Shown here: positions 36,910 to 49,952 of the stretch, piece after piece
How the letters are laid out: each line of letters opens with the position of its first letter
Numbering within the stretch: position 1 is the first letter of the stretch
NCBI GenBank assembly: GCA_900617105.1
Contig: UYFQ01000335.1
Coordinates: forward strand, 1 to 64,000
Reading direction: 5' to 3'
Source: Hydrurus foetidus
Lineage: Eukaryota
DNA: 64,000 nucleotides
Made by a program: the position numbers and the translations under genes
The notes under the pieces: model-generated
The model's database searches: none
What the model was told of the DNA's origin: nothing
Seen by the model: the letters and a program-made list of their open reading frames with translations, nothing else

Positions 36910-39900
36910 ATGTCAGCAGCTGCTAGTAAGCCAGTGACCCTAGGTGTTGGGTACATGACCCATGATGAAGAGAGTTTGGTCGGTAGCGACTTCGCAAAGT
37001 CAATTGCAGCAATGTCTCGGGGAGCTTTGCGTCAAAATAAGAAGGAATATGCACCATTCAAGGAAGGACTTTGGGAAAAGCCACACATCAATCCGTCATA
37101 TCGAAATGCCCATATTTCAAGTGATTATGACTACCATGAAAAGGAGACAAAAGCACATTGGGAGAAGGCCAATGGTCAAAAGTCTGTCTTTCAAAGTGGA
37201 ACCCATTCGAAGGGGAAAAGTTTCCCAACTATAGGCTCTCTTCTTGGGACAACTCATCCGTATTTGACACATGATAATGTTCAGGTCTTCGGCAGAACAC
37301 GAGAATTAAGACCTTTTTCCAGAACAAAAACATGCGGTTATCATGAGCACAATACATCTCTTCTGTCCAAACATGTGAGTTTTTCTTTCTTGTTATGTAA
37401 GCTGTCCTGATAGCGATCACCTACAAAGGACTATTGACATGACATGATTTTATGCAAGGCTCATTTTTTCGTGGCTTCACTTGCTTTGTTTGAAATGTGG
37501 TATGATAAAATACGTATATACGATGATGATGATGATGATGATGCCTCCGCATTCAAGTAGTCTGAATGAAAAACTGAAGTAGCGTACTGTGCGCATTGAC
37601 ATGTAAAGCCGTCCTTTATTGATGTTACAGTCTTAGAGTTCTTTTGATTTTCTCCTGCGATTGGCAATGATGAAAAGTGTTCCTGAAGTTGTTCGCTTTG
37701 CAATTACAATATCTTCAAATAATTCACGTTGTAGATTTTCCGCGATAAAGTTCTGTATTCCATTGAACCGAATCCTATGACATACCATCCTTACCTGGAT
37801 ACTTGGCAGAAAAAGGCGATCTGTGGAGTTGTTGTGTAAGTTTGTAGAATGCAAGTCTTATGAATAAGTGGTTCATTACATGCACCAATATCACGGTTGA
37901 AATTCTATTTTTGGGTTGTGATATGTTAGAAGCCATTTTGTTCTTATGTTCAGCCCGAACTTTGTTTGCAGCGCTTTTTTCATTCTCAGAAATAATTCAT
38001 TTATTTCTGTTCTCCTAGGGAATCTTCTGTGTTTCGGAGTGAAAGTCCTTCTAGAACAGTCCGCATAGGAACTGCTCAGAACTCTTCTGATATTGAAGAA
38101 TTCATATCTCATCATCAAGGAACATTCCGCGAAGATCTAGGAATAAATTCTGCAGAACATTCTGAAGGGCCTTCATCTCTTGCCAATACGGTAGTGGGAG
38201 AGTCCACGAATTTGGTATCAATGTCTTTGTTTTTAAGTAGGCAAGCACGTGGCGAAGAAAAATCTAAAATCCGTTCTAGAAAAGTTAATTTTCGTAAAGA
38301 AACAATACACGGAAATAAAATGATGAACAGTGCGGAGAAGGATGTATCGAAAAAAACAAGTGGAGCTGGAACCATTGATTCCTTAGGAATAAAATGTTCT
38401 GAGGAAGTGCGTCATACATTAAATCATTCAGAAGAATCTGTGTTTGACGACAGTGATGGAGAAAGTGTGTGTACTTATTTGTCACACCAAATACGGAAGG
38501 AAGGCCAAAACCGTTTATCTTACAGAACATTGAGAAATAATTTTCGTCATCGTCCAAACGAATCAAATAGTGTTTCATTGGACAATCGCAACAATCATAC
38601 GGAAGAGAATTCTGAAATTGCAAACAATTCCGATGATGAAAAAAATGTGGAAAAAATGTTAGATGGTAACAGATATTTGATTGAGAACATAAAAAAACAC
38701 AGAGATCATTTATTAAATCTCGGAAGTCGGCCACGCACACACGGCATTTCGATAGGAAGAGAATTCAGAACTTCTTCCTGGTTATGTAAACAAGAGAATG
38801 TCAACGAAAGAGAAAATCGAAAGGATTATCATTTGATGGATTACAGTGCTGCTTCGGTGAGATATAGCACATCATTCACGACCTGTAATGATTATCTCCT
38901 CTATTCTACAACATCATTATCTTTGTTTCCCTCGGTCTTATTCTCATATTCTTTACTCTGGTATTTTGTTATCTTTTTGTCTCTTTCGTTTTCTCCTTCA
39001 GAAGCCTCTCTGTGCAAACACTGCACACGCATCAGGACTAATCCAATTGGGCATCAAAAATAATTATTCATCATCAAATAGCGTGACAACTTTTCTATCG
39101 GACGGACAATCTAAACACTCAGAACGCACGTACAGACGAGAGTACAGTACGGTTTCAAATCAGTCAAGTAGTACTGGAAAGAAAAATGCAATAACTGTTG
39201 ATTTCAATCCACCCAAACCGCGTAATATAATTGGTACTGCTGAAAGTAACGGTATGGACAGAGGTAGAGAAAGAGGTAGAGAAAGAGGTAGAGAAATAGG
39301 AACTTTCAATAGTACGTATCCAAATAATCGGAATCGTTCCGAAAGAAATTCAGAGAGAACATTGAATACTGACGATAGCAATGATGGTAGACTGAGGACA
39401 AGTCGAAATCAAATAGAAAATGATGCCGGCAATATTTTACCGGTTTCTAATCCAAGTTCCATGTCAAAGCCAGCAGCAAACCGTCCAAAAAGTGCACCAA
39501 AAATATTTGACTGGCAGCCAAGAAAGTATCAATCAAAATCTATACTAGAAAGAAAGTATGACAGTAGAGAATTACTGTGTTTGAGTGATAAAAATACAGT
39601 TGACAAGTTCTTAAGCAGTATGATACATTCTCGTGTGGCAGACATCATGCCTGTTGTTTGCCGGGTAAGCAAAAACAAAATAATTGAAAACATTGAGAAC
39701 ATAAAACATTATGATAACGCTAGAAAAAGTGGAAATAATCAGCGGAAAAAATCAGCTGAAATCAGTCGTGAAAAATTAATGGTATTTGATAATGACGGAA
39801 ATGGAGAAACAGGAAAAATCACGAACAATTTCCCAAGGGCCAATTCGGAAAACCGTTTATCATCTTTTTCACCGATTAACAAAGGAGATCTTCTCGGATC

Positions 39901-39997
39901 TCACGTGTTCAAGAAAACGAGTAATAAAGAACTCATAGACATGACTAATACATCGAACGATATTCTTGAAAGAACTTCACATTTGCTTTTCAGCTGA
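36910..39997 (+). CDS. Hypothetical low-complexity protein, multi-exon (ends uncertain)
   Basis: Long same-strand ORFs 36886-37410, 38029-39063 and 38888-39997 with plausible splice sites. No recognisable domain. Confidence 0.45.
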
Positions 39998-40754
39998 TAG
40001 AATTATCTTAACTGCTGCTTTGCGCTCTGTTATCACATTCCAATGACAACTAATCGCTAAACAACTTGAGTGCGCTTTGCACTTTTCCTTCTCGGCACTT
40101 CGTGCTTGCGTGTGTGTGCACTTCAGAGTGTAATTAGTTCTACAATGAAAAAATGAATTAATAGCTGTCCGCATTTTTATTTTTCCTGGTATAGTATTTC
40201 TACAATGACTTCAAATAATTCCAATTATTTAGGGCTTCAAATGATGGAGATAAACCCTGGGGGAAACATTCTGCTTATCCTATGATTTCATCCAGCGATG
40301 CTGTAAGAATGCAGCGCATGAATATTTTGAAATTTGTGCCGACACTTTTATAAAGAACATCTAACGATTCTACGAACATTCCGTAACATGTGTCATACGT
40401 TTATTTTTCATGTTATTTTTATTTTTAAATGTCTTACTTCATTCATCAAGTGGCAGTAATATCACCAAAAGCTTTTTCGAGGGAAACATCTTGTTCTTAC
40501 AGAAAGGTGGCAATCTAATATTCAAATTATCGTACAGTAGAAATTATAATGTACCAAAAAAGGAAAAGTAGTTGACTTCAAATTTCGCTGTTGAGTAGAC
40601 GTCCATGATGTAAAATATGAACTAAATAATTGACAGTTGAAATACTCATCGAAACCGATTACATCTGAGCCGAAAAGTCATTAAAAGTAAGCAGGAGATG
40701 GCTTAATGCAGATACTTATTGTCTGCCTTCTTCTATATGAAATAGGCAATCGTG

Positions 40755-41234
40755 CTATTTTCCTTTCACAAGTAAGGCGGCATAATCTTCGTAATAAATA
40801 TTTCCCGACTCAGGATCTTTCGCAACTGCAAAGAATGATTCTAATTCTTTCGAACGGAACACTGTGCCTCGCGATGACAGTAATTGCTCTAATTCGTCAG
40901 CAGCGATGTAGCCATTGTTTTTCTTATCGATGGTCCGGAATGCTTGAAGTAAGATATCAATAGTATCAGGTTCATACTCACGATTCGCAAGAATCGATAA
41001 CATTTTTCTCTCGAAGCTTCTGTAACCAATGAATCCAGAGTGTTCATCGTCACTCAATTGTGGCAATACATCAAATACCAGCTGCTTCTCTGAGGGAAAA
41101 GCTCCCAATGCTCGCATTACAGTCCCAATTTCTTCTTGCAATATTGAGTCTGACTTGTCTCTGTCAAACAATTCAAAAACTTCTCGTATCCTGATCTGAT
41201 TTATTTCAACCCACTCCTGGGATTTAGTATCCAT
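40755..41234 (-). CDS. EFCAB2: EF-hand protein, EFCAB2/DRC8-like (dynein regulatory complex), intronless
   Basis: 159-aa calmodulin-like protein with EEIGTVMRALGAFPSE, LLQAFRTID, IYYEDY. Confidence 0.8.
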   Translation of the reverse strand: MDTKSQEWVEINQIRIREVFELFDRDKSDSILQEEIGTVMRALGAFPSEKQLVFDVLPQLSDDEHSGFIGYRSFERKMLSILANREYEPDTIDILLQAFRTIDKKNNGYIAADELEQLLSSRGTVFRSKELESFFAVAKDPESGNIYYEDYAALLVKGK

Positions 41235-41677
41235 CGTTGCGTGCTAGGGCTGATATTAATGTGCAATAGAATTTCACTAGCTTCAATATTCAAATCCATA
41301 AGTTCCGAATTTTTCGGCTCGAAACAGCTGATTGAAATCGAGATCAAGCAGTGCAAAATCAGTCTTCCCAGCCGGAGGAAAATGTGATGATGAAAGCTGA
41401 ATGACCTTGATGAACATGTGACATGTGACTGGTGGTTTCCTTCATCTCGCCTCCGGCTCTCTGGGAGGAGAAAAGTAAAAACTGAAACCGATGCTGCTGC
41501 ACTTTACTTTCAGTCCGATGATTGATAATACCATGATGGCTGCTATATTCGATCAAAAACATACTTGACGGCAATTGGTAGCTTCAAAAGGTGCTCACTA
41601 TTCAGTGCATTTTACGGCGGGAAATTTTCGGGCATGTCGCATCAGAATTAATTGTCTGTCTTAAAAGTATTCAAGTG

Positions 41678-44600
41678 ATGAAGTCGACTGGGAATGGTCT
41701 GTCACTTAGCTTGCGGATGAGGATGGAGGGAGAGAGCAGCATGAATCTTTCATCAAAATCTGAGCTGTCAAATTTCCCCAAGCTTCCTGTGACTATTTGG
41801 CCTCCAAAAAACAAAACTCAGGCTGCTGCTGATAACACTGTGAAGAATAAGAACTTTGCCGCTAGGCTGTCGGGGACGATGAGTTACACGACTGGCCAAA
41901 CGGGAATGACAGTTGATAGAACTCAGACTATTCGTCCATCAATCTGTTGTGTACGCTGCTCCTTCCATGCCTCAATCTGCATGGACTGTTGTGATTTGCA
42001 GACTAAAAACGCGATTGCATTCTACAGAAGGACTCTTGGGAGAGGTGCTTCAGATATTCTATCAAGAGCAATCATGGAAGTTGGTCTGGGAAGCATGTCT
42101 AAATTAATCGTTTTCAGTCTGTGGAAGAATGGCAGCTCTCTTAGGAATCAATTAAGAGAAAAAAGAACAGTCGAAGTTGGTCGTCAATATGATGCAAGAA
42201 TGATGAAAAGACCATTGATCGCCTGGAAGAAGTTCACGAAAGATGAGATTTTGAGCAGAAAATGCATAAATATTACAGATTTGGAATTAAAATGTAGGGC
42301 ATTAGAAATCAAGGTAACCAGATTGTAGCAAAAAACAACATAATTTTAATTTATCTCTTGTACGATTTCAAAGATAACGATATTTCGGAACCCCGAGCAA
42401 TTACCTTTCAGACTTTGTAATTGATCTTCCTGTCATGCTACTTAGCCTATACTTCCTTTCCTAAATAACACATAATCTAATTTGCTGTTAATTCCTCTAA
42501 TAATATTATTCTGCATCTAATTTACTAGATGGAGAAACTCACAAAAGCGAAAGAAAAAACGGATTCAGAGGTAAAACATAATCTATCACTGTTTTTATTC
42601 TCTGTCCTACTATGAAGCACAGTGCTCTGTATATGATACTGTGACGTCTTCAGATCATATTTGTATAAAAAAATGTTCATTTTGCAGTGACGCATTGAAT
42701 AAATTACTTCTCATAATGATCAAAATCGTGATCGATGACATTCACATTCATCAATCGCGTGTGATACACATATTCTCATACAAATTCTCATACACAAAAT
42801 CAGTAAGAGCTAGCAAATGACCTTCCGTAATATGTATAGATGGATGGCATGAATGATCGACTATATCGCTCGGTTGCAATAAATGACGATTATGTGGAAA
42901 CCATCCGAGCTTTGAGAGGGGAGCTTGTTGATGAAAAGAAGAGAGTAGTTTCTTTGGCGGCACTGTGTGGGCACGTACGAAATTTGTCCACCGTACTAAA
43001 TGCGTACGGACAGGTAATTCTATTTAAATTTTATTTTTCACTTTATTTTGATTCATATCGCGGTTAGTAAGTAGTGCAAGAGTGCGGTGCTATTAATTGC
43101 ATCAATATTCACCACGGGATTACTTACCTTCCAAGTAAACATACAAAATACCATATGAATTTTCGTATCCTAAACATTTTAACGAAAATAGGACGAATTT
43201 AACGGTTTTGTGTCAACTCTCGTGGACTCAGGATGCAACATTCCAACATACGATTATAACCGAATATACAATAACACCTCAAAAGATTTGATAAGAAATC
43301 TGTGTGCGCTACGAGAGGAAAGAAAAGAGAAACCGTCAACAAAAACACGGTTTTTATTTAAATTAGAATCCGATGCAACATCTAAAATGCTGTTACAATG
43401 GGCTAATTACATATCAAGAGATTGTATATGTGCATTGTCACAGTCTAATATAGAGGGAAATAAAGAAAATGAAGATGATGAAGATGATGATTCGTTTGAT
43501 TCCAATTTACCTCGACATGAGCAAGCGTATGATGTCGGTCAACTTAGCACAGGAAAAATAATATCAAGAATTATATTTTATTTAATACATGCAGGAAATC
43601 CAATTTCAAAAGCAAATTCTGTAGAACATTCCAGAGATAATCCTAAGGAATCTTCTTCAGAGAACGTTCTTCCAGCTGTTTCGTCTCCTAGTAGAAGAAG
43701 AGGTTCGATGGATGCAAAGGGAATTATTGCCATTCATCCTTTGACCTTAATATCGCAGAAAAAAGTGAATTCCGCTGGATATACGAAAGAATTCATATTA
43801 AGCCTAAAAGAAGCGGAAAATGACCCGAAATTGCTTTTGCAATTATCCGTTAAATACGCTTCCGAATTTTTATCTCTACCGTTATACAATTTTCAAGATA
43901 TTTTGGACGGAATGAAAGCGGAGACATTGGCGTTTTTAGGAAACCTATTTATCTCATGTCCTCCTACGAGAGATGAGAGAAATCTCGATGTAACTCGGTC
44001 CTTACTACTTGAACACGACGATTTACTGGGACATATACAGGACCTTCACGGTAGACTCGGCTATTCCACCCGTAATATAACGGAAATAAAAGAAGCTTTT
44101 AAAGAATACAAAATTCCCGTTGAGAGGAGAAATCCAAATACTTCTAGTCGAGGAAATCAAAATAGAAGAGGAAGAGGACTATTAATGATCGAAAAAGAAA
44201 AAAGAGATAAGAGAAATGAAGATTCGAATAGCAAAGATGTCAAGCCAAGCAGTGATATTATCAATAATGATGAAAATGGAGAGAGCGAAAATGAGAGGAA
44301 AATTAATGAAAATGAAATTGATGATGATAAAACGAAGGAAAAAAACACTGCAAGAAATATTTCTGATGCAAACTTGGATTTTGATGAAAAAAATCAAAAT
44401 TCTGGATTTTCCTCCGATAGTTCTGATTCAAGTGATGATGACAACGATGATGATAATGAGGTAATGTTCAATATTTGTTCGTTCAATATATGCTCTTGTT
44501 CGTTGCAGAGATCGATTGAAGCCCTCCCTGAAACTGTAACCCTCCCGTCATCATTATCGTAATTGTTTCAATTACCATGATAATTGTCGCTACCATTACT

Positions 44601-45214
44601 TGCAATTGCGACAACAAAATCATTGTTGCCGTCTTTACAATCTTATTCTACCGCATTACCGTACGTACCGACTTTCTTATATAGAACGAATGTTCTGGAA
44701 TTAATCTTGAATTATTCTGATTTACAAACCCACCATCAAATATCTGAAGTCGCCACCTAAAACACAGTATTTACTCATTTCTGTCCCCTCTCATCTGAGT
44801 TACTGATCACTATTTTCTATTTTACACATCCATTGAGCTATTACATATTTTCATGCCCCGTCCCCCACACCATTCACCGAAGAGAAATTAATGCAACTTG
44901 TTAAAACAATTCAGGTCACTCGGAATGAGCCGGACCCTTCCGTCTTACACGGTATAGAATCAATTAAATACTGTAAACTCCAGAAATCAATCGATAAACT
45001 AGTTTTCTCCAATGAATTGAAACTGCTGGAAGACTCCATCACAGCCATGACTGACAACGTGAAGAGATTAGCCACGATGAGAAATGGTATTTTACTCGCA
45101 CAAAAACGGAAATTCGAAGGAATCCGTTTAGCAACAGATGTTCGAACATTTGTGTCGAGAAATGTTTTACAAAATTTAGTCACGCCTTTAGGAATGGCAA
45201 AGTTGGAAACGTAA
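41678..45214 (+). CDS. Hypothetical protein, multi-exon (Cys-rich segment, coiled coils)
   Basis: ORFs 41591-42328, 42840-43067, 43210-44562 and 44891-45214 on the same strand; family not recognised. Confidence 0.55.
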
Positions 45215-45703
45215 AAACATCAGAATGAGAATCTGCATGTCACACCTTTCATGTGGTTTATTTGTTTTTCTAACTGTTGTGTTTAATTATGTCGCATACG
45301 TCACACAATATCAACAGTGCAGTGCGCACTTGTATCTCTAGTTTATTGCTTACTGTCCAATTCGTCATCACAACTCACTCTCTTTGTATCGCTAGTGTGC
45401 TTCTTTTTTCTCCATCTTTCACGTACGAGAGCTTGAGGGAAGTCGGCACGCATTTGTTTTGATAATAATTACTGAACAGTAACGTAAAGAATAAAAGGGA
45501 ATGAGAAACGAAATGAAACCGAAATCTTCCCAAAAAAATTCAAAAAAATTCAGCACTCTTTTCTTGAAGAATATGGGTCATGAGTCAAGGATGTCAAGTG
45601 TGGGTATTAAAAAAAGTTTATTTCAATTTAACCGTCAAATAATGATAGAAAAGATAATAAAAAGAAAGCGCACAGGAGATTTTTTCCGGAATAATATGAA
45701 ATG

Positions 45704-48700
45704 TTATTTTTTCCTATTCTTGCTGAATTGAAAATCTTGATATAAAGATACTTCAGATCTGTAATGATCAATTTTATTTCTTGTCGGATATTTTTCCCCA
45801 TTTGATTCTGTTGTTAACGCTTTATTTGAACCTTTTAAAAGAGGTAGAGTATTGTTTTTTGATTCTCTATTTTCCGTTTCTTGATTTTTCAGATTTTGTA
45901 ATGATTCGAGTTTTGAATCATCCGGAAGTCTCATTTTATATTTTTTATTTGTCATAATTTTATTCATTTCATTATCATTATGTAATAATAATAACATAGA
46001 TTTTGCTCCTTTTCCTATTTCTAAATGAGTCATAATTGGTACATTTTTATAATTGGAATTATGAGTATTTTTATAGCTTATACTATTTTCCAAATTATGT
46101 TCGTTTTCTTTAATGAACATTCTGCTCGATAAAGTGCATTTTTTATTTTTATTTTTGCTCTCAGTTATTTCCATTTTCTTGATTTCTTTTTCTAAATCCC
46201 TTGCTATTCTATACGAATCTGGTGTTAAGTCCGTTGCAAGTTTTTTTTCAATGCCATGTGGGGGGTAAATAATCGGCTCGGGTGTATGTACCGTACCATC
46301 TCTTATAGTGGTAGGATACGATAATAATAACTTCAAATCTTTCCAGGTCTCACCTGGCTCAACAACGGTACCACCATTCAAATAATTTTTATCTTGTAAT
46401 CTCTGCCAAATACTTTTTTCATTTTCATTTTCATTTTGGGTAAAATTGCTAGTTTTGTCTGTACGGGAACGTTCTCTTTGATTTCTTAGACCGCTTAAGG
46501 AAGTTCGACTTTCACTCCTCGATCCCTCTCTGCTTCTTTCTCTACTTTGTCCTCGATCAACATCAAATGCGTTTGATGGTCTCACCGTACTGAAACAAAA
46601 TCGCAACATTATCGTCAAAAATTGTTAGCATCAGAACACGTAGTCACGGAAATGCAACTAAATGAATTGTGGTGTCGAAGAGAATTCAAATAGAAGAAAC
46701 TTCAAATAAAAAATAATCGGTCCAAATTCAAAAATAGAAAATTCATCATCTGAGACACAGTTCAAACATTTTGCCGCACTAAAAAAAGAAAAAGCTTACC
46801 TGGATTTTGACTCTACTCGTTTTCCTCTTGCAGAACTCTAAAAAGAAATTCGGAATATCGCATGGCATAATAGATGAGAATGAAGTGCGAGGAAAACAAG
46901 CTATAGGAATAATGCATCGTGAAACGAAAAAAGACTGACGAGTGGCAACACATAATAACTTCATGTTACGTCTACATCAAAAATAAGGAAGTAGCACCTT
47001 TTGTGACCGATACGCCTGGACATCATCTGTGACTTCTGTACGTGCAGTGCGTACGAACGAGAACACCTCAGGGTCGCAGAACCCTCCTGAGTCCAGTCCG
47101 CTCCCTCCGAAGAGCAGCATTATGGGGTCCGCCCTGGGGTACGTGGGAGAGAGTGTGTGTGCGTCATCGTGTGTTAGCGAAAGAAAGAGAGGGAGAGAGA
47201 GGGAGAGAGAGGAAGGTCAAAGAGGGAACGAGGAGGACGAGAAGAGAAGGTGTGAGGGTTATGGGAGATAGGGCATCGTATCGCTTTCAAATAAATGCAC
47301 AAAACAGACTTCTCTTATTGGACATAAAAACGCACCTTGAAGGAAACGCGGAATTTCTCCGGGATCCTGGACCTGAAGATTCCGGACCCGAAGTGCCGAC
47401 CTCGAGAGACACCGCGATGTGTCCATATCTGCAAAATGTACGTTACGCGAGGCAGTTGTGATTTAGAGTCGCATGGGTTGAGGTGTTATCACAGTTTGTC
47501 AGTACCGATGCATCTGTCTTATTTGTTTTTATCTACATTAAAGTCACGCGCAATATGAGAGAGCGCAGAGAGGATGGTGATTAGACAAAATGTTAAATGT
47601 GCTGCCTGGTCCTTCCCTTTTTTTATTCTGTCCTAACTGGCCATGATCTATTGGATTCACTTATTGAAACTTTCCCTTCTTATCGTCTATGTATTTTCAG
47701 TCGCACCACACGAAGCCCAAATGGCATTTCGCATCTCTCGAATCAATTTAACCCTTAATGCACTACACTGCATAGCATCGAGCACTGGGTGGCACAACGC
47801 GTCAATATACTGCTTGATACTACTGTACACCACCCACACGTCTCAGCTCGTCATCATGGTCATCGTCATCCTCCTCTCACCTGTTGTCAGGCGCCTCGTC
47901 TCGAGAGCTGACCGGCACCACCAATCCTGACACCACATTGAGTCGCATAAAATGTTTATTGCAGTGCAACGCTTTGCTCTTCTCTTCTCTCTCTTTTTCT
48001 TTTTCTGCGTCTTTATATTCTGATGAGTTTTTCCCTCCGAATATTAGTATCGTATTCCTCTGTTTTTCTCCATCTTTATCATTGCCCGTTCCCATGTCTG
48101 TACATACAGAGTGGCCGTAAAGATTTAGCTTTATGGTCCGGCCTAACGGTATAATCAAGTGGAGTTACGGTTAAATACAAACGACTGAATGACATCGTAA
48201 CAATGTGATGAGATAAGAATATCACTATTTACAAATATGAGATGCGTCAAGAGATATCGGATGCCCAGCAGTAATAGCACTCTAATAGTAATAGAAGAAA
48301 AATGCGATGTAAAATAGAATATAGAATTCCACACCATTGGAAATGACTTTACTGCAGAGCAGTCCGAGAAGTGAAATCGATGACATGATAAATCTTTTAT
48401 TAGCACGACATCAGAACGCTCGGATAAAAAGAGAACTGATATGGAGGAAAAGCAAAAATAAAATAATCTAATAAGTGGAGGGGCGGATGAAAAAGCTGAA
48501 GAAAATTACCAAGAGGAGAAATAAATAATAAAATAAAAATAAAAACAGATAAACTGAAAAGCTGTCTGGCGACACTTTGCTTCAATAAGATAAGTAGTCG
48601 GAAAGAGTCAGAGAGATTGTAAGGCATCAAGTATAGACAACAAATGCCAGGTGGGATTTTAGATGCTCAGTTGTTACCTAGTGCATCTCGTGTGTCCAAA

Positions 48701-49626
48701 TAAGTCCACGTTAAAGTTTGAATATTCAGTGTCATAACAGATTCAGTCATGCTCGATAAAGAAGCGGCTAGAACTTGATCAGATTTAGAGAGTGTAAAAG
48801 AAGTCGCAGGGATCCCTCCTATGATCACTAATGTATCGCCAATTAATTCTGATTTATGCCCCGATTGGGGTCTTGGGACGGCCCCCCTCGTTTGCAATGA
48901 TGCCCATGAACCAGTGTCTATGATGTAGCACCAAAGGTCATTGTATACTTGTTCTGATTTCTTAGTGGGTTCTATACCGCATCCTCCATAGATCAGCAAG
49001 GATTTATTAGGAACTTTTGTCAGGGTGTCAAGTTTTTTAAGATGTTCTGTTCCTGGTAGTGCAAGATCTCTTCTGTTGGAAGCAGACTGACTAGCAAGAC
49101 TCATGTTCCTGTCTCCAGATGTTGATCCAAGTCCATGGTTGTCATTACTGCTTATGTAGTTTGCACTATGAAGCCTTCTTGATGTTGGTGGTGTTCCACC
49201 TGAAGGATGCCGAACTGTCCACATTCTCTCCTCACAGTCAAATTCATACACGTCGTTAAAGACTTCTCTGGCCAGCAGTGTTTTGGTTTTCGATGCTGAA
49301 TCTCCTGTGCGATCTGCTTTGTTATTTGCTATGGGCTCTCCTTGACCTCCGAAGATAAGAAACTTTCCGTTTCCAACATAGGATGCTGAATGACCATCTC
49401 GAGCTGAAGGTATCTCTCCCATACAAAGCACTGGGGACCAGTTTTCATCTTTGATAGAATACTTCCACACCTTAGATGATCTCCCGTTGCCTGCTCCAGT
49501 ACCCATAAGTAGCCACAGATGATTATCGTAGACTCCACCAGCCATATTGCATCGAAGGGAAGGTATCTTCTTGCCTGAATTAGACAATTTTCGCCATGAA
49601 AACTCAACGTTCTCGGAGGGCGTCAT
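45704..49626 (-). CDS. Kelch-repeat protein, multi-exon
   Basis: PSARDGHSA...LIFGG, PTSRRLHSA...LIYGG, PRPQSGH...IIGG, LYGHS...LIFGG; low-complexity last exon. Confidence 0.85.
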
Positions 49627-49952
49627 GAGAAGTCCTTGCGATGCGCCAGCAGCTGTGGAATGTTTTATAGTCGATGCGATCAGAGATTTGATCTGTAAAA
49701 TGGCTACAGAGTAGTATAGTAACTAGTTCCTGTGTAACGAAACCGTCGATGTAACTCAAAACCGGATAAAATATATAGAGCCGTTAATCACCCCGCAGTT
49801 TGTTACCGTTGATGACCAGGGAGTCACTGACAGACGGCAGATGCCATGCAAACTGTTCGTGTACTGTAAAGTTATCCGAAGTGAACCGATTAAACAGCAC
49901 CAGCAGCAGCGGTTATTAGGGCGCGAAAGTCCACAGTTGAGGTCGCGAAATT

